Counted from the first letter of the whole stretch, positions 12,423 to 24,019 are shown. The stretch is 54,819 nucleotides of DNA, filler included, from Catajapyx aquilonaris (GCA_000934665.2; 2 parts of 2 records of this genome joined end to end with filler, not necessarily neighbours in it); one strand, 5' to 3'. Notes: generated by a model not told the origin, from the sequence alone. Numbers and translations are program-made.

Positions 12423-13546
12423 CCGTATTTCATGACATATCAAACGTTATGGGCATAGAAGATGTGCCCCCATTTCAGCATGGCATATTCAGGAAAAATA
12501 GGGTAGGGTAGGGTAGAATTTATAGAGATTGGTTAACTTACACGGGAAGTTAGTTGTTAGTCGTCATCTACACACAAATTTTGGGACTGACTAGCGGAAA
12601 AGATGTCCGACCAGTCCGCTGATTTTCGCCATATGACTGGTATCACAGCTTTTGGACCTTGTGCGCTTGAAAAATCAGCGGTTACGGGCCTACCTGACCT
12701 GGAACACTTTCCTGACACTACTGCAGGGCAAGAAATTTCGGAATAAACACAGGTTTGCTTATTAAATGGCATAGACTATCCCTACTGCACACTGGCGGAA
12801 TAACTGCTGTCATAAAGTGACGAAGATCTAACCATCGGGCGGGGCTTCCATGACTGACAGGCTGTGCTTTTACTGTAGTAGGCCTGGCACGCCAGATGAC
12901 AGGGGAAAGCTTCTTGCATTTTTTTCTTAGCCGACCATGTGCCGAATTCTCTTCCTTCCACAGCACCATTTAATCAGGGAGTGGGGAGCTCGTCTGGTGG
13001 AAAGGGGGAATGGGTGGCAAAACTCGTGTGGCTGGTAGAAATGACCATCTGAGGTAAAATTAGCCTATGGTGGGCCTCAACTTCACATATAAGACGCAGG
13101 CCAATTTTTAAAGGCATTTTTGTGGGGGGGGAAAGGCTGATCATTCCTACGCGATGAAGTGGCAGGAGTTGGGGTGGAGGTATGGCGGGCAGTTCAGAGA
13201 GCGCGTCCAAATGGGTGGGTGTTTCGGTATGACTTTTTCCCGTGTACTGTGGCCCCGCCAGGGCAAGGTCCGTTAATTAGCCCAATACTTTTAGTTAATT
13301 GCAAAGCATCAGCAGAGCTGGGCACTTATTGTGGGTTATGTAACTGCAAAAATTACTGTATGATTTACGGTGCCACAGGCAAACAAACATTATTATGACT
13401 TTACCATGGCGGGATGCACTTGGGCATTACATGCATTCGGTCCACCCATTCGGATGCACTCTCTGAACTCTGAACCCTGACTCCCGCCACTTCATCACGT
13501 AGAAAAGATCTTCCGAAAAAAGTGTCTTATATGCAGTCAAATGCAG
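12423..13546. mobile_element. Tc1/mariner-type non-autonomous element inserted into an array unit
   Basis: TA|CCGTATTT ... AAATGCAG|TA. The flanks rejoin to GACATGTAATTAGG, which is contiguous in the intact units; internal TATAAGACG repeat at about 13088. Confidence 0.75.
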
Positions 13547-13640
13547 TAATTAGGAATATGTGATACCAATATGGTTAGGGTGTGGTCTGAGATTCTGCAA
13601 GATTCCTATGACAAGACACTGCAGATTCTCATGTACCTGT

Positions 13641-13713
13641 CCAGGTAAACCAAGCTTGCATCAAATGTGGCTGAGATGCAGGACCACTTTGGTACAAGCT
13701 TGGTAATACCTGG
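13641..13713 (+). ncRNA. Candidate pre-miRNA hairpin H1 (other copies 17987-18059, 18439-18513, 18894-18966, 19808-19880)
   Basis: Stem CCAGGTA/TACCTGG, ACCAAGCTTG/CAAGCTTGGT, ATCAAA/TTTGGT, GTGG/CCAC, with compensatory changes between copies. No expression evidence is available. Confidence 0.5.
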
Positions 13714-13848
13714 TAGGATACCAGCAACAAGTGAAGATTATTGGAGATTACACTTGCTTCTCAGGTTCTCCAGTTATTGGCAAACCTGACAATATGAACT
13801 GGTTTGGCAATCTCTATAGAACCTGAGGGGACAGTTTGCAACCTCTTA

Positions 13849-16234
13849 AGGTCTAAACTCATATCGACTTGAAACTACGACTTGTGCGTCAAAATCGTAC
13901 TTTTGCGTGTGCGTTTCCATGGCCTTGTTTGCGTCGGAAAGAGGGCTGTTTCCATATCGACTTGTGCGTCAAATTCGAACTTGTGCGTCAAAGTCAAACT
14001 TATGCGTGTTCGAATCCATCCCGCCGCGCCGGCTGCGTATGCAATTCCATCCCCGAGGGCACATGCGCAGTGTGTCGTGCAGTACGATAATCGAACAGTG
14101 CCAACAATCGAATGTCAACAATTACATTGACCACGTTCCAGTTTCGTACCTCTAGCGGCATGATGTCAAAATGGCGGCGAAATGCTATCATTCGCGGGAG
14201 TCACATATTACTTGCCCCAACCTGCTTGTCCTCATCTGGTGGTCTGGCCCCCGGGCAGATCATCCTAAGATTTTTTTTTAAAGTGAGGAGTGACTTGCCC
14301 TTCCCTTTCCATGTGATTGCGACTTGCGCAATGGTCATTATTACCTGCCCATTGTGAATGGGCCCTTCTCTAGCACGTCTGGTGGTCTGGATACAGGGCA
14401 GACTAGCCAGGGATTTTTTGAGGAGTGAAGAGGAACTACTATTTGGCTATTTGCTTTTCATTAGATTCTTTTTTAAATGTTTAATGTAACTTTCCTTGGT
14501 CATGACACTATATGTAACACTTTTCTTGTCCATGGAATTTCATTGGTATTTCCATTAGGTCACTCGTAACTCACAACAATGCGCATTCATTTTGTCTGAA
14601 CATAATTTTTGACCTCGGGGCAGTCAAAAAACCATATTTCTCAAAATAGTTGGGCCATTCCGAATGAAGAGAGTGCATAAATGTTGTTCGACCATTTCGG
14701 AATTCGCAGGAAAAAAATCACGGCAGTACAGAACTATGACATAACGCTGCACATCAAGTTTCAGCCATATTGCGAAATACCGTGGCGCCCCCGAGATTTT
14801 GGAAGGAGGTGAAAATGGGGCCTTTTTAGGAGAATTTTTATTCATTGGTGGAAGTGGTCAGAACTTAAGAAACGTATACAAAGGAGGAAGACGAGGAAAA
14901 CGCAACTTTGTAATATTGTTGGCTTTTCAGTGAAAATGTAACTAGAAAAACGTATGCAGCATTCCATTGGTCATATACTCAACCTACTCTACCTTTGTCC
15001 CTTTTAAAAGTCATTGCTTTGGCTCCTTCCTAATAAACGAAACAAATAAACCACGTGTCCGAGAATTTTGCCCCCGACAATATACGTATTATAGGGATGT
15101 ATTTGCATAACATCAGTCACATTTGGTGATGTCCCGGGTCCAGACCACCAGACGTGCTAGAGCAGAGGCCATGAACAATGGGAAGGTATATGAGAAAGTA
15201 GCACTAGATTCACAAATCGCTCAAGGAGCAGTCTGCCACAGTGCCACGGGGCCGATTCACTTTGGGCATATGGCAAGGGAAGGGCAGGTTCCTCCTCACT
15301 CCAAGATGATCTGCAGCCAGTGGTGTGTAGTGGGGGGGGGGGGGGNTTTTTTTTGCCTACGGCGGACTTTCCCTTTCCCCCCAAAGGAACTTTCTGGGTG
15401 CGCCACAGTTTCGTCTGCTTCGTATTGTTCCGGGCTCCATTCATGAACGTGATACATTATTGTATACAGAAGAGGCACAAGGAACAGTGACCATTGTTGG
15501 GTTACCCCTGCTGACATGGTGTGCCAAGAAATGAGCTGCAGAAGAGACTTTGGTGTACGACTACTTCCCCGATGTCGAAAGGAGGGGGGGGGGGCAATTC
15601 TCTCCCTTTGCCCCCCCCCTCCCCCCTGCGAAAAACTCATGGTACGCCACTGTCTGCAGCCTCTTGGTCAGATCACCAGATGCGGACAAGCAGGGGCCAT
15701 CCACAATGGGCAGGCAATTCGAGACTCCAGTGGATGATAGCATTTCGTCGCTCTTTGACAGCCAGCCAAATTTTCGCCTCTACAGGGGGGAAACTTGACA
15801 GTGGTCAATTTGCAGGGGTGCCAAAAGAAGGGGACAGTGGGCGTGGCAAGCAGGGGAGACCCACGTGACCACACACGAGGACTGTGATTGGTTACCGCTC
15901 GTGCTTGTGGCATGTGCTTGCGCATATGATCTACCTGGAATAGATCGACGACGCACGCACAAGGCGGCATGCGGGCGGTGAATGTCAACACGAACCCACA
16001 ATGCGTAGCAATGGTGTCGAATCGAATTGTTGAATATCGATCGACCTGGGGCCCACACGCACCAGGGTGCCAACAGTTGCGTGCGGTGAATGGCAACCAC
16101 GGTCAACCAATGTCAACAAGAGGCCTACACGCATGCAGAAACGGCGTTCCAAAGCACGCAAAAGTACGAATTTCGCGCACAAGTCCGACTTCGACGCACA
16201 AGTCGTAGTTGCAAGTCGATATTAGTTTAGACCT
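13849..16234. mobile_element. PIF/Harbinger-like non-autonomous element (~2.4 kb) with nested internal repeats, inserted into an array unit
   Basis: TTA|AGGTCTAAACTCATATCGACTTG ... CAAGTCGATATTAGTTTAGACCT|TTA; 3-bp TTA TSD; subterminal GACTTGTGCGTC repeats; the array unit resumes after 16237. Confidence 0.85.
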
Positions 16235-16553
16235 TTAGTCGTTCCTCATTATCGGCGTAGCAATAAAGTACACTTCTGATCCCATTTATGTTTGTAGGCT
16301 CCTGGCAGTTTAGTTATAACGAGTGCCCCCATTTATTTACCGCTCAACATGCACTTGTGACAATTGTGGTCACTGGCATGTAATTAGGCACACTTGATTC
16401 CAATGCAGACATTCCTTGCTAATATGACAGATTTGGTTCCAGTCCACCCCATGAAGTGATTATCTCCATAAAGATAATGACATATTTTTTTCACTTGCCG
16501 GGACAAATTAAAACCTTACAAGGATGTTTACACTATCCTATAATGCTATAAAG

Positions 16554-16761
16554 CAGTGGTTTCCAACCTTTTACCAACTGCAACCCCCTAAACATGTTTC
16601 CACAAATGTGCGACCCCCCCCCCCTCCTCCCCCGGCCCCTTCTACAACTGCCCCCTTTCCAGAAACATACACTGTGTACGGCCACAAAAATTGTTCAATT
16701 GAAACAGAAATTGTAAAAAAAAAGTTGAACCACGGCTCAAACCCCCAGTTGGAAACCACTG
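16554..16761. mobile_element. hAT (Charlie-like) MITE
   Basis: CAGTGGTTTCCAAC...GTTGGAAACCACTG; TSD CTATAAAG/CTAAAAAG (7 of 8 match). Confidence 0.82.
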
Positions 16762-17257
16762 CTAAAAAGGATGATTCACTAGGAAGCTGGCCCAGCTAAA
16801 TGCACATAATTTTCCAAGTGGCATACTGAAACAGGGAGATTTCACATCAAAATAATGTACTAAACTAAATGCACATAAAACAGTTCTCTCACTGACAGTG
16901 TTTGCTTCATGTGGCCACAAGTCATCAACAGTTAATGGTGTGGCTTACTGGTACCCAGTCATCTCATATTTTGATGCGCCTTGTTTCTTTCAGGCGGTAG
17001 TGCTGTACTCTTTCCCTGGGTAAGCAGCATGAATTACATGGTTGCTGAGGGTGCATTTCTTGTGGAAACATATTGGATGACAAAATCATTTCATTAAAAA
17101 AAAAAAAATCTACCCAGTGTTGGGATGGGTGGAATACCACCAATTTTTCTTACAAATTTTCTTTTGCATTTTTCTTTCTGGTGCAGGTATCAGGATAGGG
17201 ATTTGTGAGGAGGGGACACTGGTGCAAGTGCGTTGTCTTTATGTTGGGGGTCAGGTT

Positions 17258-17438
17258 AAATTCATTTAATATCTGCCATCTGGAGTTTGTTGTGCAATTC
17301 AGCTGACGGCCCCCTAGCATGTGAGATTCAAATCTGTCATGCTTCAAATTTCTTCACTGATTTCCAAATGTACTGCTTGCTAGGGGGGCGGGCACCGAAT
17401 CACACAGAGAACTCATATTGGCAGATCTTAAATGATTT
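17258..17438. repeat. Degenerate inverted repeat (MITE-like)
   Basis: TCATTTAATATCTGCCA...CCCCCTAGCA pairs with TGCTAGGGGG...TGGCAGATCTTAAATGA; arms about 60 bp. Confidence 0.6.
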
Positions 17439-18098
17439 CATAATCCAATACGTTTTCACCAGGAACACTCTCTCAGAAACCATGTAAGTCACGCTACTTT
17501 AATGTGGAAAGAGAACAGCACTACTGCTTGAGACAAGCACAGTACTTCAACTGACGAGAGGTTAGGCTCCAGTAGACCATGTCCATTAACCAGTGATGAC
17601 TCATGAGCTACATGACACAAACCTTCCCGGCAAAGGAAATGTTTCAGGTACAACTGGACATGAAATTGATGTTTCCATGTATCACTAGGTAAACTACTCA
17701 TACTTACCTGGGCCAACTACATAGTGAATCACCCTATATCAAGTTTGCTATAATGCTAGGCGGCAAAAAAAATCCCAATAGTAACAAAATGGCACCCCTT
17801 GACTTGGATGCAGTTGATGTATCATTACAGGTCCATGGGAGCAAGGAAAGTGTCAAAAATAATTAATATTACTTTAATTTAAATTGCCACAAAGGGAAGT
17901 GCTGTAAATTGAGGTATGCTTGATTAGGGTGTGATCTGAGACTTGGCAAGAATCCAATAAGACACTTCAAATTACTATGTACCTGTCCAGGTGAACCATG
18001 CATGTATCAAATGCGGCTGAGATGCAAGACCCTTTTGGTACAAGCTTGGTAACACCTGGTAGGATACCAGCAGCAAGTGAAGATTATCAGAGATGACG

Positions 18099-18180
18099 CT
18101 TGCTTCTCAGGTTCTCCAGTTCGTGGCAAACCGGACAATATGAACTGGCTTGGCACAATCTGCTGAACCTGAGAGGTAAG
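18099..18180 (+). ncRNA. Candidate pre-miRNA hairpin H2 (other copies about 13753-13834, 18552-18633, 19007-19082, 19929-19998)
   Basis: Two 36-nt arms around the 10-nt loop ACAATATGAA; 30 of 36 positions pair (3 are G-U) with no bulges; covarying pairs across copies. Confidence 0.55.
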
Positions 18181-19187
18181 TGCACTGAAGTTTGCAACCC
18201 CTCACTGATTCCCCATTACAGACTTAGCAGGCAAGTACACTTCTGATCCCAGTTGTCTCTGGGTTACTGGTAGTAATTTAGAGTGAGTGTGCCGATTCAT
18301 TTACTGCTCAACATTTACTTGTGGCATTTGTGGTGTTTGACATGTAATTAGGCATATATGATGCTAATGTGGTCAGGATGTGATCCGAGATTTTGCAAGA
18401 CTCCTAAGACAAGACACTTCAGATTTTGAAGTACCTGTCCAGGTGAACTAAGCATGTATCAAAAATGTGGCTGAGATGCAAGACCACTTTGGTACAAGCT
18501 TAGTAAAACCTGGTAGGATACAGCAGCAAGTGAAGATTATTGGAGATTATGCTTGCTTCTCAGGTTCGGCAGGTCGTGGCAAACTGGATAATATTAACTG
18601 GGTTGGCACAATCTGCAGAACCTGAGAGGAAAGTGCACTGAAGTTTGCAACCCCTCATTGATTCCCCATTACAGACTTAGCAGGCAAGTACACTTCTGAT
18701 CCCAGTTATGTTTCTGGGTTACTGGTAGTAATTTAGAGTGAGTGTGCCAATTTATTTACCACTCAACATTTACCTGTGGAATTTGTGGTGTTTGACATGT
18801 AATTAGGCATATATGATGCTAATGTGGTTAGGGTGTGATCTCAGATTCTGCAAGACTCCTACGACAAGACACTTCAGATTCCTATGTACCTGTCCAGGTG
18901 AACCATGCGGGTATCAAATGAGGCGGAGCTACAAGACCCCTTTGGCACAAGTTTGGTAATACCTGGCAGGAAACCAGCAGCAAGTGATATTGGAGATGAC
19001 CCTTCAGCTTCTCAGGTTCTCCAGTTCGTGGCAAACCTGATAATATGAACTGGCTTGGCACAACCCGGTGAACTTGAGAGGAAAGTGCACTGAAGTTTGC
19101 AACCCCTCACTGATTCCCCATTACAGGCTTAGCATGCAAGTACACTTCTGATCCCATTTATGGTTCTGGATTACTGGTAGTAATTTT

Positions 19188-19677
19188 CAGTGGAACCTTG
19201 TACTTTGAACTACACTAATTTTGAACGTTTGAGAGTTCGAATACAAAGGAATTCAAGCTAGAGTTTCAATAATGCTTCTAAATTCAAACTGCTTGAATAG
19301 TGAAAAAACACTCTTGCTCCTTAAACACCATCTGTTGTGCATCTAAGTCTTCCTTTGCTCTCGCTGTGAAAGCATCTCTTGCATAATGCATGTGTCCTTT
19401 TAGTGCTTTTTTCACTTTATTTACAATATTTATGTATTTTATTTATATTGTTTTCAAATTTTAAATTTATTCTTCAGGGCTTTTAGTTTTGTTATTTGTA
19501 GGCTACCTGAAATTATGTGTATTTGCTCTTGAAGTTTATTGAGATGGGTACTGTTTAGGGTCTGGGATTGGATTAATCCACTTTCCATTATTCCTAATGA
19601 GGAAAATTGGAATTTGTACAATTCAGAGTTCAACTGGCCTCCTGAAAAGAATTAGTTTGAAGTACAAGGTACCATTG
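19188..19677. mobile_element. Tigger/pogo-like MITE inserted into an array unit
   Basis: CAGTGGAACCTTGTACTTTGAACT ... AGTTTGAAGTACAAGGTACCATTG|TA; array sequence continues on both sides. Confidence 0.75.
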
Positions 19678-21299
19678 TATAGCCAGTGTGTCAATTTATT
19701 TATTGCTCAATATTTACTTGTGGCATATGTGATGCAAATATGGTTAGGGTGTGATCTGAGACTCTGCATGATTCCTGTGACAAGACTTCAGAATCTGATG
19801 TACCTGTCCAGGTGAACCCAGCATGTATCAAATGTCGTTGAGATGTAAGACCACTTTGGTACAAGCTTGGTAATACCTGGTAGGATACAAGCAGCATGTG
19901 AAGATTATCAAAGATGACTTATTGCGCATCTCAGGTTCTTCAGTTTGTGGCAAACCTGATAGTATGAACTGGTTTGGCACTTCCTGATGAAACTGAGGAG
20001 AATTGCACTGACGTTTACAACGCCTCAGCCACAGTTAAGTAATTCCAAATTATGTGTAGCAGGCAAGTACACTTCTGATTACATTTGTATGTGTGGGCTG
20101 TGGGAGTAAGTTACATTTACTGCTGAACACGTACTTGAAGACTTTGGGGGGAAGGGGGNGGGGGGGGACTATCAAGGGTACTGTAAGTGTTGTAAATGGA
20201 TTTGCTGAATGAAACTTGGCACAATAATAGGGTAAGGGGTCCAAATTTCGACATCCTTACGTCGTTTTCCTCTTGTTAGAAAATGGTTGAACGCAGCAAT
20301 GTAAGGAAAGTGAATGTTAATAATACATTGAACATTTACCTACTAGGTCCCGCAATGAAAATTTTATAACAATTTATAGGAAAAAGCACAAAATTGAAAA
20401 AGTGAAAACACCAATTTTTTCAGTTTCAAAAAAAGTGTTCCTAATTTTGGAACCTGCATTTTAATGGGAGGACAGGTGTACAAAAAATACATTTCTAAAT
20501 TTTGGTATGATTACAATCATACCACACATAATAATTTTTTACAATTGATTGGTATCACCTAGATGAAAATATCTTTCACCGTAGCCTTCGGAAATGTTCG
20601 TAGATTATAATTATGTGCATCTGTATTTACGCCACCCGCGTGATATATTTAATGGAATAACGTCACACGTCAAAGTCTCATCACTGTAAACGAGTTGTAA
20701 ACAAACACTTACTGCACGAATGTAAATAGACATAACTCCCTGCTGAATTTTTCCCGGTAAGTGGACCGTTCAGCGGAAAACCACCAAAAACATCCCGATT
20801 TACTATAAATCTTAATGACACTGTTCTACAAACAAAGTATTTTTCTTTTTTCTGAAGATCTGAATAGTGATTCATATGGTAATTTTCGCTCTGAATCAGA
20901 ATCTTAGCTCAGAATGTTTCTGTCAGGTACAGTCTTTGAGATATATCGTTTTAACACTTGGAAAGGCTCGGGGGGCTGACAATTCGGCCTTTTTGTATAT
21001 TTTTTCGGTTAGTGGAAGAGCTCAAAATTCAAAAACATATACATGTCAAATGAAACAGGAACACGACGACAATGCGCCTATGGAATATGGTTTCCTTTAC
21101 AAATAATATTTTAAGCAGAAAAATGTGCATGCCATTCCATTGGTCACGTACTCAGTCACAAGTCAAAGAATTTTGACCTCAACAATTATTAGAGATGTAT
21201 TTTATCTGATTACGATTATTTTACTGATTATCCGGCCACACCAGTGCATTCATTAGCTCGGGTAATAGGGCGTACATTGTATACTCGTATGTAATGGCG

Positions 21300-21990
21300 A
21301 ACCTCACACGTCTTGAGAATGCCGAAACGTTATTGGTTTCCCACAGGTAGGCCTATTTCAGCTCAAGCTTGGGCACACTGGCATTTAATATGCAGCTTTG
21401 AAAAGGAAGTCGTGTCATCTGGTGGCAAACCCGACATGCTGTATGTGAACGAGTGTATCGATGTCAATGATGCTGGCTGTGCCTCTCTCGAGAAGTCTGT
21501 CCAAATCTGCCCCTTCACTGTACCTCCTGTGGCATCCACTGAGCCTTTACCGTGACAGATAGCAACAATTAAAATATCATCGGACCTTTCAGTGGGCTCA
21601 ACTTCTACAGAATAAGACGTACAGTAACTTGATAATTATTTATTTGTTGCTAAATTGGGATGCTGCCCATCACTAAACCCATCTATTCACTCGAACCTCC
21701 TACACCCACTTATTTGCACATCATCGAGGATTTCTGACACAGGACACTTGTTCTGCTGCAGATTATCAGAAATGATATGCCAATATTGTTTGTTTTGGAT
21801 GCAGGTAGCTATCAAGTAAGTTCCGTTACGGACAATATCACCCATAACAACTGACGCACATTACACCATTAATCGTCATTAATTTCGGCATTTATAATAA
21901 TGGAAGAATGTCTGTGTACTGAAGTTATATTTGGATTATGACTTTTCAACGTGCAAATAAAATTTTCTCCTACAATAATTTTAAAAAAAT
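21300..21990 (-). mobile_element. Degraded DDD transposase relic, Sola2-like
   Basis: The minus strand gives, in order and with frameshifts, IISDNLQQNK (about 21780-21750), FSDG/AASQFSNK (about 21680-21640) and HGKGSVDATGGTVK (about 21555-21513). These resemble the FSDGxxxQFKN and HGKGxxDGxGGxVK motifs that I recall for Sola2-type transposases. Confidence 0.6.
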
Positions 21991-22955
21991 CCCTGTCATG
22001 TTGACATTATCGTGGTATTGCTCTCATGCAAATAAACAGTGTAAGCAACATCATAGGCTAAAATAAATTATTGAATCGCATAGCTTAATTGCTGGGAAAT
22101 TATGGCCAATAATAGCATGAGCTGCAATCCACCATACTTTATACCCCCAAGTCCTGCTCCATCCCACTCACATGTAACAGACAGTCACTCAACATTTAAC
22201 ACCCCTACCCCATACTGATCTGATGTACTGTACAGTACTATATGGTCAATCCTAAAGTATATTTCACCTTACAAGTTGTTTGCAATTTTGTTACTAATAA
22301 ATATTTAATCAACTACAAAAATGATGTTTCTCATCATTTATTGTGATCCATTATGCGATTGAGACTTGACCTGGATAAAAAATGGCACACTCTAGGACAG
22401 TACACTATTATTTTCATAATAATATAATAAGCGCCTTCAGTACTTCACTCTATTCTATTTTTTATAATCATAAGTGGTGCAAAAACAAGGTGACGCAGTG
22501 GATTCAATTTTTTTAGAGGATTTGAAGAACATGTGTACACTTTTTTAGTGTAAAAATTTTATTATCACTTTACTCAGATCATGACCCTGAAAACAAAAGT
22601 ATTTTACACTACCATTACACCTGATTTTTCAAACAGTGGTTGAAACTCCAATTGCAATTACACCATGCTCTAGTTGAAACTCTCCTTCTACTACTCTTCA
22701 TTTCCTGACATTCTAACAATCTGGCAGAACTTGAACCCTGAACTCGGTTTGGAAATGCAAATGCTCATTGGGACAGAGGAGTGAAGTTAATCTAAGTTGA
22801 CATAACTATCCTTCAGGGATTGGGGAGGCAGGGAGAGGAATACACAGTGTCACGACAATTAGAACCCAAAAAGAAAATTTTACATCTAAAAATTCACCAT
22901 ACACATTCGGGTTAATTCTTTGGAATGGACAACATTTGAGATTTTTTCAATACAT

Positions 22956-23190
22956 TTTAATGCAGGCACCCCAGGCAGCATGACAAATTAGCCAGGTTAC
23001 ATTCACTGTCAGTATACATGTTTTGTAGCATGTCGGGTGTAATAAGAAATGACCTTCAGCAATGGATCCACACACCCACACACGCAGGATGATGTGGATA
23101 TGATTACACCCAACATGCCACAAAATTCATGGACTGATATTAAATATTGCCTGGATAATTTTTGGCGCTACAAAGGGCGTCAACATTAAA
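22956..23190. repeat. Degenerate foldback/MITE-like inverted repeat
   Basis: About 88-bp arms, e.g. TTTTGTAGCATGTCGGGTGTAAT versus ATTACACCCAACATGCCACAAAA. Confidence 0.6.
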
Positions 23191-23432
23191 TTTATCGAAA
23201 AGCTATTTTACAAAAATACTTTTAATGACTTTGGAAGGACATAACCTAGTCAGATATCCCTTTCGGGACCGGCAGATTTGACCTTGACGCTTTTCAAATT
23301 GCAATTAGGGGCTGGGGTTGTATAGACAGTTGAATTCCTGCCGACTAGACAGCTTAGGTGTCCAACTGATATCCGCCAGAGCTGGCCCTTCGCAAACTCT
23401 TGGCGCTCAAGCGAGATTCCAAGGCTGAAAGT

Positions 23433-24019
23433 CAGGGCCGGATCTAAAGGGGGGGGGGNGGCACCTGCCCCGGGCGGCAAGAAGGTGGGGGCGGCATGTC
23501 TTGTCCCTGGAAATGAACTTGTCAAATGCACATTGCACTGTTCTGTGTGCAGCTCCGGATTTACTCCCCCGGCCGCCCTTAGGCACGTGAGATACGGCCG
23601 CCCCTCCCCCCCGGCCTGACACTTAAAAATGCAAATGTTTAAATTGTGTTCTCTCCTTCATTTAATGTTATTTTATTTTAAAATATTATATTGAAAGTTA
23701 GGGCCGACCAGAGGGCGGCCGCCCTTCGGCAATGACCTTTTCTGCCTCTAGTGGTAAATCAAGCTCTCAAAAATTCGATTTTCTTTGTGATCTCGCCTTA
23801 ATTTCATAATTGCATTTGAGAAATATTATTTATTGCAACTCGCGGCTGCCCTTCCGCAATTACCTTTTCTGCCTGTAGTGGCAAATCAAGCTCTCAAAAA
23901 ATCGATTTTCTTAGTGATCTCGCCTTAATTTCATAATTGTATTTGAGAAACATATTTATTGCAACTCGCTGCCACCCCTAGGCCAGTGCCTACTGTGCCT
24001 AATGGGAAATCCGCCGCTG
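23433..24019. mobile_element. hAT-like non-autonomous element containing a ~127-bp tandem duplication
   Basis: CAGGGCCGGAT...ATCCGCCGCTG termini; direct repeats at 23715-23841 and 23842-23967; no TSD visible. Confidence 0.55.

Larger units (their letters stand above)
12280..20140 (+). repeat. ~450-bp tandem array (5 hairpin-bearing copies plus partial units) interrupted by transposons
   Basis: Marker TACCTGTCCAGGT occurs at 13634, 17980, 18432, 18887 and 19801 (period 452-455 nt in the uninterrupted block 17915-19187). Partial units lie at about 12310-12420, 16238-16400 and 20060-20140. The segment 16400-17915 is unrelated sequence. Confidence 0.9.

Noticed and set aside
13869..16208. Dense cluster of overlapping 60-140 aa ORFs
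   Set aside because: They fall inside a GC-rich non-autonomous element and show no transposase or other recognisable motifs.
17700..17711. ATACTTACCTGG, identical to the U1 snRNA 5' end
   Set aside because: No further U1 sequence follows. It is simply the reverse complement of a consensus donor CCAG|GTAAGTAT, and the ~48-nt upstream minus-strand segment has stops in all three frames, so at most it is a non-coding exon.
17915..19187. Array as a CRISPR array or as tandemly duplicated coding exons
   Set aside because: The whole ~450-bp unit is repeated with no unique spacers, and the context is eukaryotic. The donor-like GAGGTAAGT exists in only one copy (the neighbouring copies read GAGGAAAGT), and copies carry frame-breaking indels and stops. 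The QVLPSLYQSGL resemblance to phosphatase N-termini in ORF 19700-19897 is short and not maintained.
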